From the IMG/VR virus record IMGVR_UViG_3300030107_005396: a stretch of 20,000 nt of DNA. One strand, given 5' to 3'. Both the position numbers and the translations under genes were made by a program. Numbering within the stretch: the stretch's first letter is position 1; each line of letters starts with the position of its first letter. This DNA comes from an uncultured virus (IMG/VR IMGVR_UViG_3300030107_005396) (taxonomy: Duplodnaviria > Heunggongvirae > Uroviricota > Caudoviricetes). Positions 1 to 8,465 of this stretch are shown here, one piece after another. The notes beneath the pieces were generated by a model, which was given only the letters and a program-made list of their open reading frames with translations, searched no databases and was not told the origin of the DNA.

Positions 1-249
1 CAACCTCAACCTCAAGTGGTTACTCCTCAGGAAGTCGATACTTTAAACGAAGCGTTACGAATTATCCAAAAAATTCAAGAGGCTACAACAGTAGGAAACC
101 TTGGGGTTAACATGGCTGGTCCGAGTGGGGATGCTAAATCCGTAAAACTTCCGGGGGATACTAACACGTCCACCCCTAAAAAGCGAGTCAAAAAAAAGAC
201 TAACAAACAACCCCTAGGAAATGATTTTCTTTCCTATTTAAAAGCCTAA
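1..249 (+). CDS. Head-module hypothetical protein, 5'-truncated (possible prohead core/internal protein)
   Basis: Frame 1 is open from base 1 (QPQPQVVTPQE...), so the true start probably lies upstream. It ends 1 nt before the protease gene, has a basic C-terminus (KKRVKKK) and shares EATTVGNLG with the major capsid protein. Confidence 0.7.
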   Translation, partial: QPQPQVVTPQEVDTLNEALRIIQKIQEATTVGNLGVNMAGPSGDAKSVKLPGDTNTSTPKKRVKKKTNKQPLGNDFLSYLKA

Positions 250-250
250 C

Positions 251-850
251 ATGTTATTAAGAGATTTCAACGATTTTCAACCGTTACAAATTCTAAGTGA
301 AGCTAAAGGTACCAAGACTATGAAAGTCCGAGGAATCTTTAGTGAAGCTGAAAAGAAAAATGGTAACGGACGTATTTATGCCAAAACCCTTTTAGAAAGG
401 GAAGTGCAAAAACTAGCCCCGCTTCTCGCTGAACGCAGATTATGCGGGGAACTGGACCATCCGAATGATGAGGTGGTACACCTTGCAAACGTATCTCATA
501 TCATTACCAATTTACAAATGGAGGGAAATAAGTTAATTGGAGAAGCAGAATTTTTGGATACACCATCTGGTCGAATATTGCAGGAACTTGCTAAAGCGGG
601 AGTTCGTATTGGAATATCTTCTCGCGCTACTGGTTCTGTGGAGCATGACATGAAAGAAGATGCTTACATGGTGCAAGACAACTTACGTATGATTACCTGG
701 GATATGGTAGCCGACCCCTCCTGCCAGAACGCATTTCCGCAGTTAGTCGAGCATAAACAGCTTATGGAAAACCGTTCACAACTAGATTCCGCAGATGCAC
801 TCGTATCTGAAAGATTATATATTGAGGGATTAAGGAGACTTTTAGGCTAA
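251..850 (+). CDS. Prohead core protease (T4 gp21-like)
   Basis: Motifs KNGNGRIY, GELDHP, VSHII, LDTPSGRIL, GISSRATGS and WDMVADPS are typical of gp21-family proteases. It lies directly upstream of the scaffold and capsid genes. Confidence 0.95.
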   Translation: MLLRDFNDFQPLQILSEAKGTKTMKVRGIFSEAEKKNGNGRIYAKTLLEREVQKLAPLLAERRLCGELDHPNDEVVHLANVSHIITNLQMEGNKLIGEAEFLDTPSGRILQELAKAGVRIGISSRATGSVEHDMKEDAYMVQDNLRMITWDMVADPSCQNAFPQLVEHKQLMENRSQLDSADALVSERLYIEGLRRLLG

Positions 851-878
851 AAATAATGTATTTTTTCCCTAAGCCCAG

Positions 879-897
879 TAGATATAAACAGTAGGAG
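879..897 (+). promoter_or_regulatory. Putative late-promoter-like element (TAGATATAAA) plus RBS (AGGAG) for the scaffold gene
   Basis: AT-rich TAnATA element in the 54-nt intergenic gap, with AGGAG 7 nt before ATG 905. It resembles the T4 late promoter TATAAATA. Confidence 0.4.
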
Positions 898-904
898 TTT
901 TTCC

Positions 905-1489
905 ATGAAAGATAAATTACAACAAATTGCCCAACTTCTTCCTGATGGATTTTCACAGACCGGACTGGAGGAGGTTCGTGCTATTGTGGAAAGTGCCGTC
1001 GAGGAACGCGTGGCTGCAGAAGTAAAACTTCTGGAGACAAAAGTAAGTGGTTTTCTTCGCACCAAAATTGACAACCTTAAAGAGGTTGCTCGCGAAGAAC
1101 TAGAAAGCAACGATGAAATATTACGCGGTTACCGCATGTACGAATCTATTCGTGCAATGGTAGCTAGCGAAGCAGAGGCTCAAGATGTAGACTCAACCGT
1201 CGCTAAACACGAAGCCACTATAGATGAATTACAAGAGAGCGTCAAAACTTTGAATGAAAAGTTAGGAACCTCTCTTCAGCAAAACTCAATGCTTGTTGAT
1301 AAAGTAGAGAGTTTGAACGAAGCAAACGAACAGTTGACTGAGAGCGCGAAATTACCTTTCAAATCCTCGGAATCTGCCGTCGTAATTACTAACGAAACCG
1401 ATTCGAGAGGTACTTCCCCGGAAGCCTCTAACAATATCTTCCTCACAGAAGATGTAATTAACCTTGCTCAGCAAGAAAAAATTAAATAA
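905..1489 (+). CDS. Prohead core scaffolding protein (T4 gp22-like)
   Basis: Acidic coiled-coil protein with many L/I-x-E sites, positioned between protease and major capsid genes. Confidence 0.8.
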   Translation: MKDKLQQIAQLLPDGFSQTGLEEVRAIVESAVEERVAAEVKLLETKVSGFLRTKIDNLKEVAREELESNDEILRGYRMYESIRAMVASEAEAQDVDSTVAKHEATIDELQESVKTLNEKLGTSLQQNSMLVDKVESLNEANEQLTESAKLPFKSSESAVVITNETDSRGTSPEASNNIFLTEDVINLAQQEKIK

Positions 1490-1491
1490 TT

Positions 1492-3141
1492 ATGTTAAAT
1501 CCTGAACAAACACGTTCTTTATGTGAGAAGTGGGAGCCTATCCTGGAAGGAATCACCGATGACTCTACTCGTCAGATGACTGCCGTTCTTCTGGAGAACC
1601 AAGCAAAGAGTATTCTTACTGAGAACGCTCGTGAGCAAGGTACTCTTGAGGAAGCAACGACTGTCGGTAACCTCGGCACTTTCCAAAAATTCGCTTTCCC
1701 TCTCGTTCGCCGGGTATTCCCGGAACTGATTGCCAACAAGATTTGTGGCGTCCAGCCTATGCAAGGTCCTGTTTCCCAGATTTTCTATCTAGGTTACAAC
1801 CGTGCTGGCAACAGCGGCTATTATGGCGGACCGCCGAACAACGAAGTTGTTTACAGCCGTTACCGCATGGTATACGGAGGTCGCTTCGGTGAAACTCAAA
1901 GCAACATTGGTACTTTGGATAACAACCTAGGTTGGGCTGCTGGTAATGACGGTGGTGTATCTGGTAACTTCGCTTACTCTGGTCTTTCCGGTGGTAATAT
2001 TACTACTTGGACCTCTGGTACTGCTGGTGGTAAGATTGCTGCTTTCCCAAATGAAAACTGGGTTGGTGCACAGTACTTCGTGTCTGCTGGCGAGCGTTTA
2101 ACTGGCTCAGGTATTCCTGAAGTTAACTTCACTATTGAGCAACAAGCTGTAACTGCACGTACTCGTAAGTTCCGCGCCCTATGGACGTTGGAAGCTTCAC
2201 AAGACCTTCGTGCTTATCACAACTTGGACCTTGAGCGTGAATTGACTGAGCTTCTTTCTAAGGAAGTTGCTTTGGAAATCGACCGTGAATTGGTAGAATC
2301 TTTACGTAACATCGCTTACGCGTGGGGCAATGGCTCTGCGATTGGTGGTGGCTTGTGGGATTATCAAAACCAAGGAAACTCCAACAGCTTCCCGAGTGAC
2401 GGCGCCCCTGACGGCGGCCAAGGCACTGGGGCTACCATTAGTGCTCCTGGCTCGTTTACTTACGGCCAACCTGCGGGTAATGACCCAGTAGGTCAAGGAC
2501 ACGTATCTGGTGTTGTTGCAGGGTCTAACCCTGGTGAAACCACAGTGACAATGCCGACTGCAGAACAAGGTTCAAACGTGTTCTATGTAGACTTCGGTAC
2601 TACTGCACTTGGATTAGCTCCTCGTCACGTTGGTGAAGTGTACAGTAACTTAGTTGCTGTCATTAACTTTGCTTCGCAAGACATCTACCGCACGACTCTA
2701 CGGGGTGCCGCAAACTGGATTGTTTGTTCACCTTTCGTCGCTGCAATGCTACAATCAGCTGCTAAACTAGAAGGCGGTATTGGTATGGACCAAGCTGGCC
2801 AGCTAGGTGCTACGATTGAGTATAAAGGTAAATGGATGGGACAGTATGACGTATATGTTGACCCGCTTTATCCTGAAGATGAAATCATGCTTGGTTACAA
2901 GGGTGGTTCTCCGATGGATGCAGGTTTTGTGTACGCTCCGTACATTCCGCTCCAAATGCTACCAACTATCACGGACCCAGAAACGTTCCAGCCAAGAAAA
3001 GGTTTAATCACTCGCTATGCGACTGCTCAGATTAACCCTGCTTCTAGGTTCTATCGTATCATCCGTATCGTTGGCGCTGATAGCCGTTACCTAATCACTC
3101 CGTTCGCGAAGGCGGGACGTAGTGGGGATGCTCTTTACTAA
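1492..3141 (+). CDS. Major capsid protein (T4 gp23-like)
   Basis: Motifs EKWEPILEG, AVLLENQ, PLVRRVFPELIANKICGVQPMQGP, TARTRKFRALWTLEASQDLRAYH, EIDRE, YAPYIPL and FQPRKGLITRY. Confidence 0.97.
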   Translation: MLNPEQTRSLCEKWEPILEGITDDSTRQMTAVLLENQAKSILTENAREQGTLEEATTVGNLGTFQKFAFPLVRRVFPELIANKICGVQPMQGPVSQIFYLGYNRAGNSGYYGGPPNNEVVYSRYRMVYGGRFGETQSNIGTLDNNLGWAAGNDGGVSGNFAYSGLSGGNITTWTSGTAGGKIAAFPNENWVGAQYFVSAGERLTGSGIPEVNFTIEQQAVTARTRKFRALWTLEASQDLRAYHNLDLERELTELLSKEVALEIDRELVESLRNIAYAWGNGSAIGGGLWDYQNQGNSNSFPSDGAPDGGQGTGATISAPGSFTYGQPAGNDPVGQGHVSGVVAGSNPGETTVTMPTAEQGSNVFYVDFGTTALGLAPRHVGEVYSNLVAVINFASQDIYRTTLRGAANWIVCSPFVAAMLQSAAKLEGGIGMDQAGQLGATIEYKGKWMGQYDVYVDPLYPEDEIMLGYKGGSPMDAGFVYAPYIPLQMLPTITDPETFQPRKGLITRYATAQINPASRFYRIIRIVGADSRYLITPFAKAGRSGDALY

Positions 3142-3169
3142 TAAACTGTAAAGTTTAGCAGACTATAAA

Positions 3170-3200
3170 AAGAAGCCCAGCTGTTTTGGCTGGGCTTCTT
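3170..3200 (+). terminator. Stem-loop after the major capsid gene (probable intrinsic terminator or RNA-stabilising hairpin)
   Basis: AAGAAGCCCAGC-tgttttg-GCTGGGCTTCTT is a perfect 12-bp inverted repeat. The U-tract on the + strand is weak and an A-tract precedes it. Confidence 0.8.
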
Positions 3201-3214
3201 CCATATATAAGTGT

Positions 3215-4096
3215 ATGGCGCAGAATCCCGTTAAACCCAATTTCGCATGGGGACCATTTGTAGTGGACCGCTATGGCTCGGGGAGTAATACTTCCTCGTT
3301 CACCGCTCCGTCTGGAGATATCCCTTACGATTCTTTAAACCGACGTTACTTCTCTGAAAACGTTGAGTTTAATCGGTTTTATACTTTAATTAAGGATTTT
3401 GTAAAGTCTAGATTAGGTCATCCTGTAGTAAGGGTAGAGCTAGACGATTTTCAAATTTTAACCGCAATTGATGAGGCTATTAGTAAGTTAGATTATCATT
3501 GTCCCGATTGGTGTACCCAGCTCGCAGCCTTCGCCACTCAAGCAAATGTTAATATGTATGAATTACCTTCGTTTATGGTAAACAACTTTCGGTACTCCGC
3601 TTATAAGAAATCATTGTTGAGCGTTCCTTTGGCAGGACAAAGCCTAGAAATGGATTTCTTTATTAAATATTTTCAAGACAACTTCTTATTTCAAGACTTT
3701 GCGGTCAGCGACTTCTTGTTATTGAAAATGCATCTCAAATCCATCCGCAAAATTTTGGGAAGGGAGGGGTCTTTTCAAATTGTAAATAACAAGTACTTGA
3801 TGGTATACCCTACGCCCGCAACTGATGATGGAGAAGATGTGGTTATTGAATACAAATGTTTAAACTCTGACACACTCCATCATTATTTTATTAATTGGAT
3901 TCAAAGATATGCCTTAGCTATATCCAAAGGTATTCTAGGGGAGATTAGGGGTAAGTATGCCACACTTCCATCCCCTCAAGGTGGAGCACAGCTAAACGGA
4001 CCTGCTCTTATCGCTGAATCTCAAAGAGAATTGGAACTGCTGGAAAACCAATTGCTTCAAGAAATTGAAGAACCTGCTGTCTTTACTACGTACTAA
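3215..4096 (+). CDS. Neck/head-tail adaptor protein (T4 gp13-like)
   Basis: RLGHPVVRVELDDFQILTAIDEA at the N-terminus and WIQRYALAISKGILGEIRGKY..LPSPQGGAQLNG at the C-terminus match gp13-type neck proteins. Confidence 0.85.
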   Translation: MAQNPVKPNFAWGPFVVDRYGSGSNTSSFTAPSGDIPYDSLNRRYFSENVEFNRFYTLIKDFVKSRLGHPVVRVELDDFQILTAIDEAISKLDYHCPDWCTQLAAFATQANVNMYELPSFMVNNFRYSAYKKSLLSVPLAGQSLEMDFFIKYFQDNFLFQDFAVSDFLLLKMHLKSIRKILGREGSFQIVNNKYLMVYPTPATDDGEDVVIEYKCLNSDTLHHYFINWIQRYALAISKGILGEIRGKYATLPSPQGGAQLNGPALIAESQRELELLENQLLQEIEEPAVFTTY

Positions 4097-4965
4097 TGAC
4101 TCTACTTTCAGGTCCTCCGTATGGATATCATTATCCACCCGAAATCGATGGTGCTACTGCTGTCGAATATCAAGGGTTTAGAGTACCTAATATTTTTGAT
4201 ATCAAAAGACAGATTTTTGAAAGAGAAAACGCAAATTTTAGAACGTTACAGTTTTTTAGGGATACTTCCAAAGAGCTTCTTAGTTTATTAAGCACCGCTC
4301 AGATTCTCGGAGAGGATTTAAAAATAGCTCAAGTTCCTATATTTTATGCGAATTATGAACGGGCAATAGCCAAATTATTTAAAAGTAGAAACCTAACCCT
4401 TCCTGTAATGTCGTTGGCTATTGCTGATACTGAAGAAGATGCGGATAGACGGCGTCCTAATTATGATATTGAGTTTTGGACCATCAAAGATGAAAAAACA
4501 AAGCGTTATACTCGGGTAGCCTCATTAGCTCCTAAGGCGGTGAATGTTTCGTATCAATTATATTTATGGGCACGTTATACGGAGGATATGAATCAATTGG
4601 TAGAATATGTAATGGCTCAATTTAGACCGCACCTGAGAATAGAAACGAATTTTAATACCAATGGACATGGATTCATTACCGCTGTATCTGATAATTCCAC
4701 AGTAACGGCTCCTGACAGGGAAGATAGAGTTTTGAGGAAAACCGTTACTATTAATGTAGAAAGCTATATGCCGACGAGACAGTATATGATTCAATCAAAT
4801 GGAGCAATTACTGAAATGAATTATGAAACTACCGTTGACCCTGGGCTACCTTTTGATACAAGTGGAGGTCAAGGGGGTCCTCCGGCTGCATCTGCCACAG
4901 AAAACCTGGTGATTAAGCCTGGCTCAGGAACTTGGTATAATCCCAAAGACCCCGATAACGCATAA
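4096..4965 (+). CDS. Tail sheath stabiliser/completion protein (T4 gp15-like)
   Basis: VPIFYA, TLPVMSL and PKAVNVSYQLYLWARYTEDMNQLVEYVMAQFRP resemble gp15 motifs. TAATG stop/start overlap with the neck gene. Confidence 0.75.
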   Translation: MTLLSGPPYGYHYPPEIDGATAVEYQGFRVPNIFDIKRQIFERENANFRTLQFFRDTSKELLSLLSTAQILGEDLKIAQVPIFYANYERAIAKLFKSRNLTLPVMSLAIADTEEDADRRRPNYDIEFWTIKDEKTKRYTRVASLAPKAVNVSYQLYLWARYTEDMNQLVEYVMAQFRPHLRIETNFNTNGHGFITAVSDNSTVTAPDREDRVLRKTVTINVESYMPTRQYMIQSNGAITEMNYETTVDPGLPFDTSGGQGGPPAASATENLVIKPGSGTWYNPKDPDNA

Positions 4966-5029
4966 TTAAAAAGGTAAATAATTACACTTTCACGACGGTG
5001 ATGTGCTAAATAATCATAGAGGAAGTGTA

Positions 5030-5206
5030 ATGAAAAATAAAACTATCATCAACGTTGCTGGGCAAGGATTAGAGATTATTCTCAAATCCGGCGGAGCATA
5101 CAAACATATTCATCTTAATGCGGGGAGCTCGATTAGCGTCCCCGAAAAATCAATCACAGATACTTGTCTGGAGCTTCAAAGGCGACAACTTCTTCAAATT
5201 CTATAA
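5030..5206 (+). CDS. Small hypothetical protein (58 aa) upstream of tail sheath
   Basis: ATG 5030 is preceded by an AGAGGA RBS and fills the gap between gp15-like and sheath genes. This start is preferred to the track's 5003. Confidence 0.7.
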   Translation: MKNKTIINVAGQGLEIILKSGGAYKHIHLNAGSSISVPEKSITDTCLELQRRQLLQIL

Positions 5207-5214
5207 GGTAAAAA

Positions 5215-7698
5215 ATGGCTAATTTCGTTTCCCCCGGTGTATACACGATTGAAAAGGACGTATCAGACTACGCTCCATCTCTCAATCCTTCGATTGTTGG
5301 TTTGGTTGGATTTGCTTCACGCGGTCCAGTTGACAAGGCAACTTTAATTACTACTCCCGCTGACCTACTGCGTACGTTCGGAACTCCGGATTTAGTTACA
5401 GGTGGTCAAGGTATTTTTGGTGCTTTGGAAATCCTTCAAAAAACCAATCAAGTGTACTATGTGAGAGCTGCTACTGCTGAGAGAAAAGAAGCGAACAACG
5501 TTCTTAGTCTCGCCACAGCACCCCACGCGGCAGTTAATATGGGAAGCATGTCTTCCAACATTGTTTATCGATTTGATTGCCAAGCTTTTGATAAAGCAGG
5601 CGTACAAGCTGGTGACAAAACCGAAGTTTATGTATACCGTGAACGTCCTTACGTTTCGGGGGTTGAAGGAGCGTCTCCTTACCCAACCACCCCTTCTGGC
5701 TCTTGGACCAATGCTGATTGGAACCAAGCCTTCGCTGCTGGATTTGGAAACGCTTTTGACCCTGCAACAGGTCAGTTAAGTTTTATTCCTAGCGGTTATG
5801 GAGCTGCTAGTGGATTGGTAGTAGCTAGAGAAACTGGAGCACAGTCTAACCGTGTAGGTTCTTACTTCACAGTTGACACGTTTATATCTTCAGGTTCATT
5901 AGACGACAATTTCTACGAAGATACTTACTTATCTGCGACCCCGATTGATGTTACAGATTTGACCTTCACTTCTACTTCCAAAATCGACTACGAAATGAGA
6001 GCTGCATCTGCGGCCAATATAGTTGGTGCTGGCGATTGGGGAGATTTCTCTGGCAATACAACGTCTGCAATTTATAATATTTGGCAAGGTGTTGGAGGTC
6101 CTGAAGATAACTTCCTTACTGTAAACAACTTTAGTGGAGGCGGTGTTGGTATTACTGACATCACCGTTCAAATGTCGGGAAGCCTCGCTTTAGGAATGAA
6201 TGCTCCTAGTGGTGTTAGCTTTATCACTTCGGGACAGCAAGGAGGTTACCAGATGGCATCCTTATATCCTGGACTAGGTTATAACTACTCAGCTATTAAC
6301 TATGCTGGAGGTCTTCAATATCGCGGTCTTCAGTATGAAGTTGTTAACAAGAACAACGGACGAAGTGATGTTGTCGTTAAATCTGATGGAGGAACCCAAG
6401 AATCTTATGAAATGGGTCTTTGGAAACCACTATCTACCACTTCCGCGACAAGCGTTTTCCCAGAAGACGTACTAAACAAAGGATTAGATAACGCCGTTTC
6501 CCAATACGTTAAAGGTAACTTCTATAACTTTGATATATCAACGTTCTTACCTACCAGCCTCGCTGGTAATGATTTAGCGTTCTCCGCGACTGTTTCTGGA
6601 ATTCCTTTATGGGTTTCCAATATCGCTGAAAACTTTGGTGATGAAAATACTTTTGTGGGAACCTATATGGGTGGTCTCTCAAGTACAGCTAACTATGTAA
6701 TCGATACTTCTAAAACTTTCCGCTGTTTAACTTTCGAAGAGCAAACTGCTCTAGATGCAAAAGGCGGTAAAAACGGTGACGCATCTGATTATGGTGGAGA
6801 TATGAGTAACGCTAAAATTAGAGAAGCGTTGGTAGGTAGTACAGGTCTCAAGACAGGTATGCAAGCCTTGGATTCTGAAGCAGTGGATGTAACAATCGCA
6901 GCAGTCCCAGGTGTTACGGACCAAAATGTACAAAACGAACTAATCTCTTTGGCTGAAACGACTCAAAACTTCTTAGCAGTTGTGTCGCCCCCAGTCGGAT
7001 TCACTAACTCGCAAATGGCGATTGATTGGACGAACGGTAAAGCAACCGGGCGTACAGCATCTATTAACAGTAGCTACGCTGCTGTATATTGGCCATGGCT
7101 AAAACAGTTTGATGCTTACACAGGCGCTGATAGATGGTATGACCCTTCTATTTACGCTATCGGTCAAATGTGCTACACTGACGAAGTTGCTGACCCATGG
7201 TTCGCTCCAGCAGGACTTACCAGAGGTCGCTTAACTAAGCCGGTTGATGTCGAAGTTACTTTAGGACAAGGTGATAGAGACGCACTTTACGGACCAGGAA
7301 ATATCGTTAACCCGATTACTAAATTCACTACTGACGGAATCGTAATCTACGGTCAGAAAACTGCTCAAAGAGCGGCTACAGCACTAGACCGAATTAACGT
7401 TCGTCGTATGATGATTTTCCTACGTAGGTTAGTTCTAACTTCAACTCGCAGGTTTGTTTTCGAACCTAATGACCCTGTAACTTGGGAAGCAGTACGAAAT
7501 GTGCTGAGCCCAGCTCTAGCAGATATTCAACAACGTAGAGGTATTACATCTTTCAAAGTTGTTTGTGACGCTACTACTAACACCCCCCTTCGCGTTGACC
7601 GCAACGAATTATGGTGCAAGGTTATCATTAAGCCCACCAAGACCGCTGAAATGCTTATATTCGAATTGAATTTAACAAATCAATCAGCATCCGTCTAA
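5215..7698 (+). CDS. Contractile tail sheath protein (T4 gp18-like)
   Basis: FVSPGVYTIEKD, GFASRGPV, SSYAAVYWPW, PWFAPAGLTRG, GQKT, LDRINVRR and FEPND, with a large central insertion. Confidence 0.96.
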   Translation: MANFVSPGVYTIEKDVSDYAPSLNPSIVGLVGFASRGPVDKATLITTPADLLRTFGTPDLVTGGQGIFGALEILQKTNQVYYVRAATAERKEANNVLSLATAPHAAVNMGSMSSNIVYRFDCQAFDKAGVQAGDKTEVYVYRERPYVSGVEGASPYPTTPSGSWTNADWNQAFAAGFGNAFDPATGQLSFIPSGYGAASGLVVARETGAQSNRVGSYFTVDTFISSGSLDDNFYEDTYLSATPIDVTDLTFTSTSKIDYEMRAASAANIVGAGDWGDFSGNTTSAIYNIWQGVGGPEDNFLTVNNFSGGGVGITDITVQMSGSLALGMNAPSGVSFITSGQQGGYQMASLYPGLGYNYSAINYAGGLQYRGLQYEVVNKNNGRSDVVVKSDGGTQESYEMGLWKPLSTTSATSVFPEDVLNKGLDNAVSQYVKGNFYNFDISTFLPTSLAGNDLAFSATVSGIPLWVSNIAENFGDENTFVGTYMGGLSSTANYVIDTSKTFRCLTFEEQTALDAKGGKNGDASDYGGDMSNAKIREALVGSTGLKTGMQALDSEAVDVTIAAVPGVTDQNVQNELISLAETTQNFLAVVSPPVGFTNSQMAIDWTNGKATGRTASINSSYAAVYWPWLKQFDAYTGADRWYDPSIYAIGQMCYTDEVADPWFAPAGLTRGRLTKPVDVEVTLGQGDRDALYGPGNIVNPITKFTTDGIVIYGQKTAQRAATALDRINVRRMMIFLRRLVLTSTRRFVFEPNDPVTWEAVRNVLSPALADIQQRRGITSFKVVCDATTNTPLRVDRNELWCKVIIKPTKTAEMLIFELNLTNQSASV

Positions 7699-7702
7699 AC
7701 AC

Positions 7703-7718
7703 TATATAATATAGAGGT
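7703..7718 (+). promoter_or_regulatory. Putative late-promoter-like element (TATATAA) plus RBS (GAGGT) for the tail tube gene
   Basis: The same TATATAA lies just upstream of the neck gene at 3204-3210. GAGGT is 9 nt before ATG 7728. Confidence 0.45.
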
Positions 7719-7727
7719 AAAAATAAT

Positions 7728-8399
7728 ATGGCAGATGGCAAATTTTACGTAGAGAGAGCAGCAGAACTAATTGCTGACTCCCCTCGTTTATCACATGCTT
7801 TGGACTCTTTCCGTGCTTATGCGTGGCAGATTCAAATTCCTAAGATTGCTGGTGCATTAGGAAATGTGCCAAGTTTAGCTAATCAAGAAAGACTTACACT
7901 TGCAGCAAAACAAGTCACTCAACCAGGGTTTACTGTTGAAGATATAGAAGTTCATCGTGTTAATGAGAAGTTCTATTACCCAGGTAAACCAACACCTGAT
8001 GAAATTACAGTTACGTTTGATAACTTAATTAAGGGGGATGTTGCTGACGCTTTGTTTGCATGGATGAGAACTGTATACGACCCTGTATACGGAATTCATT
8101 ACGCAGGTCTAGGAAATGGTACGACTGCTGTTGCCCAAAGCCCGGAAGGTCTCCCTGGTCTGACAGAATCTCCACTTTTCAAGAAGACGGTTACTATCTG
8201 GCAACTTGATGCTCACCGTAACCCTATCACTCACGTAAACCTTTATGGTTGTTATCCGAAAGGATGGAAGCTTGGGGAATTTAATTATGCAACGAACGAT
8301 TTCCACACTATTGAAATGACCCTGCGATATGACTTTGCAGTTCAGTTTACTGAAACTTCTGATATTGATTCAGTGTTGTCACCAATAGCAATCCCGTAA
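7728..8399 (+). CDS. Tail tube protein (T4 gp19-like)
   Basis: Follows the sheath gene. Motifs IEVHRVNEKFYYPGK, ITVTFD, AWM, LYGCYP and IEMTLRYD fit gp19-like tubes. Confidence 0.9.
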   Translation: MADGKFYVERAAELIADSPRLSHALDSFRAYAWQIQIPKIAGALGNVPSLANQERLTLAAKQVTQPGFTVEDIEVHRVNEKFYYPGKPTPDEITVTFDNLIKGDVADALFAWMRTVYDPVYGIHYAGLGNGTTAVAQSPEGLPGLTESPLFKKTVTIWQLDAHRNPITHVNLYGCYPKGWKLGEFNYATNDFHTIEMTLRYDFAVQFTETSDIDSVLSPIAIP

Positions 8400-8420
8400 G
8401 TATAATTTAAAGATTTTTTA

Positions 8421-8453
8421 TAGGCTTCTCTGGTAAATAACTAGAGGAGCCTA
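8421..8453 (+). terminator. Stem-loop after the tail tube gene
   Basis: TAGGCTTCTCTGG-taaataa-CTAGAGGAGCCTA is a 13-bp stem with two G-U pairs, followed by CTTT. Confidence 0.65.
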
Positions 8454-8465
8454 CTTTAATATATC

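Noticed and set aside
1..15. CAACCT tandem repeat
   Set aside because: Only 2.5 units encoding a QPQPQ linker at the window edge; not an array.
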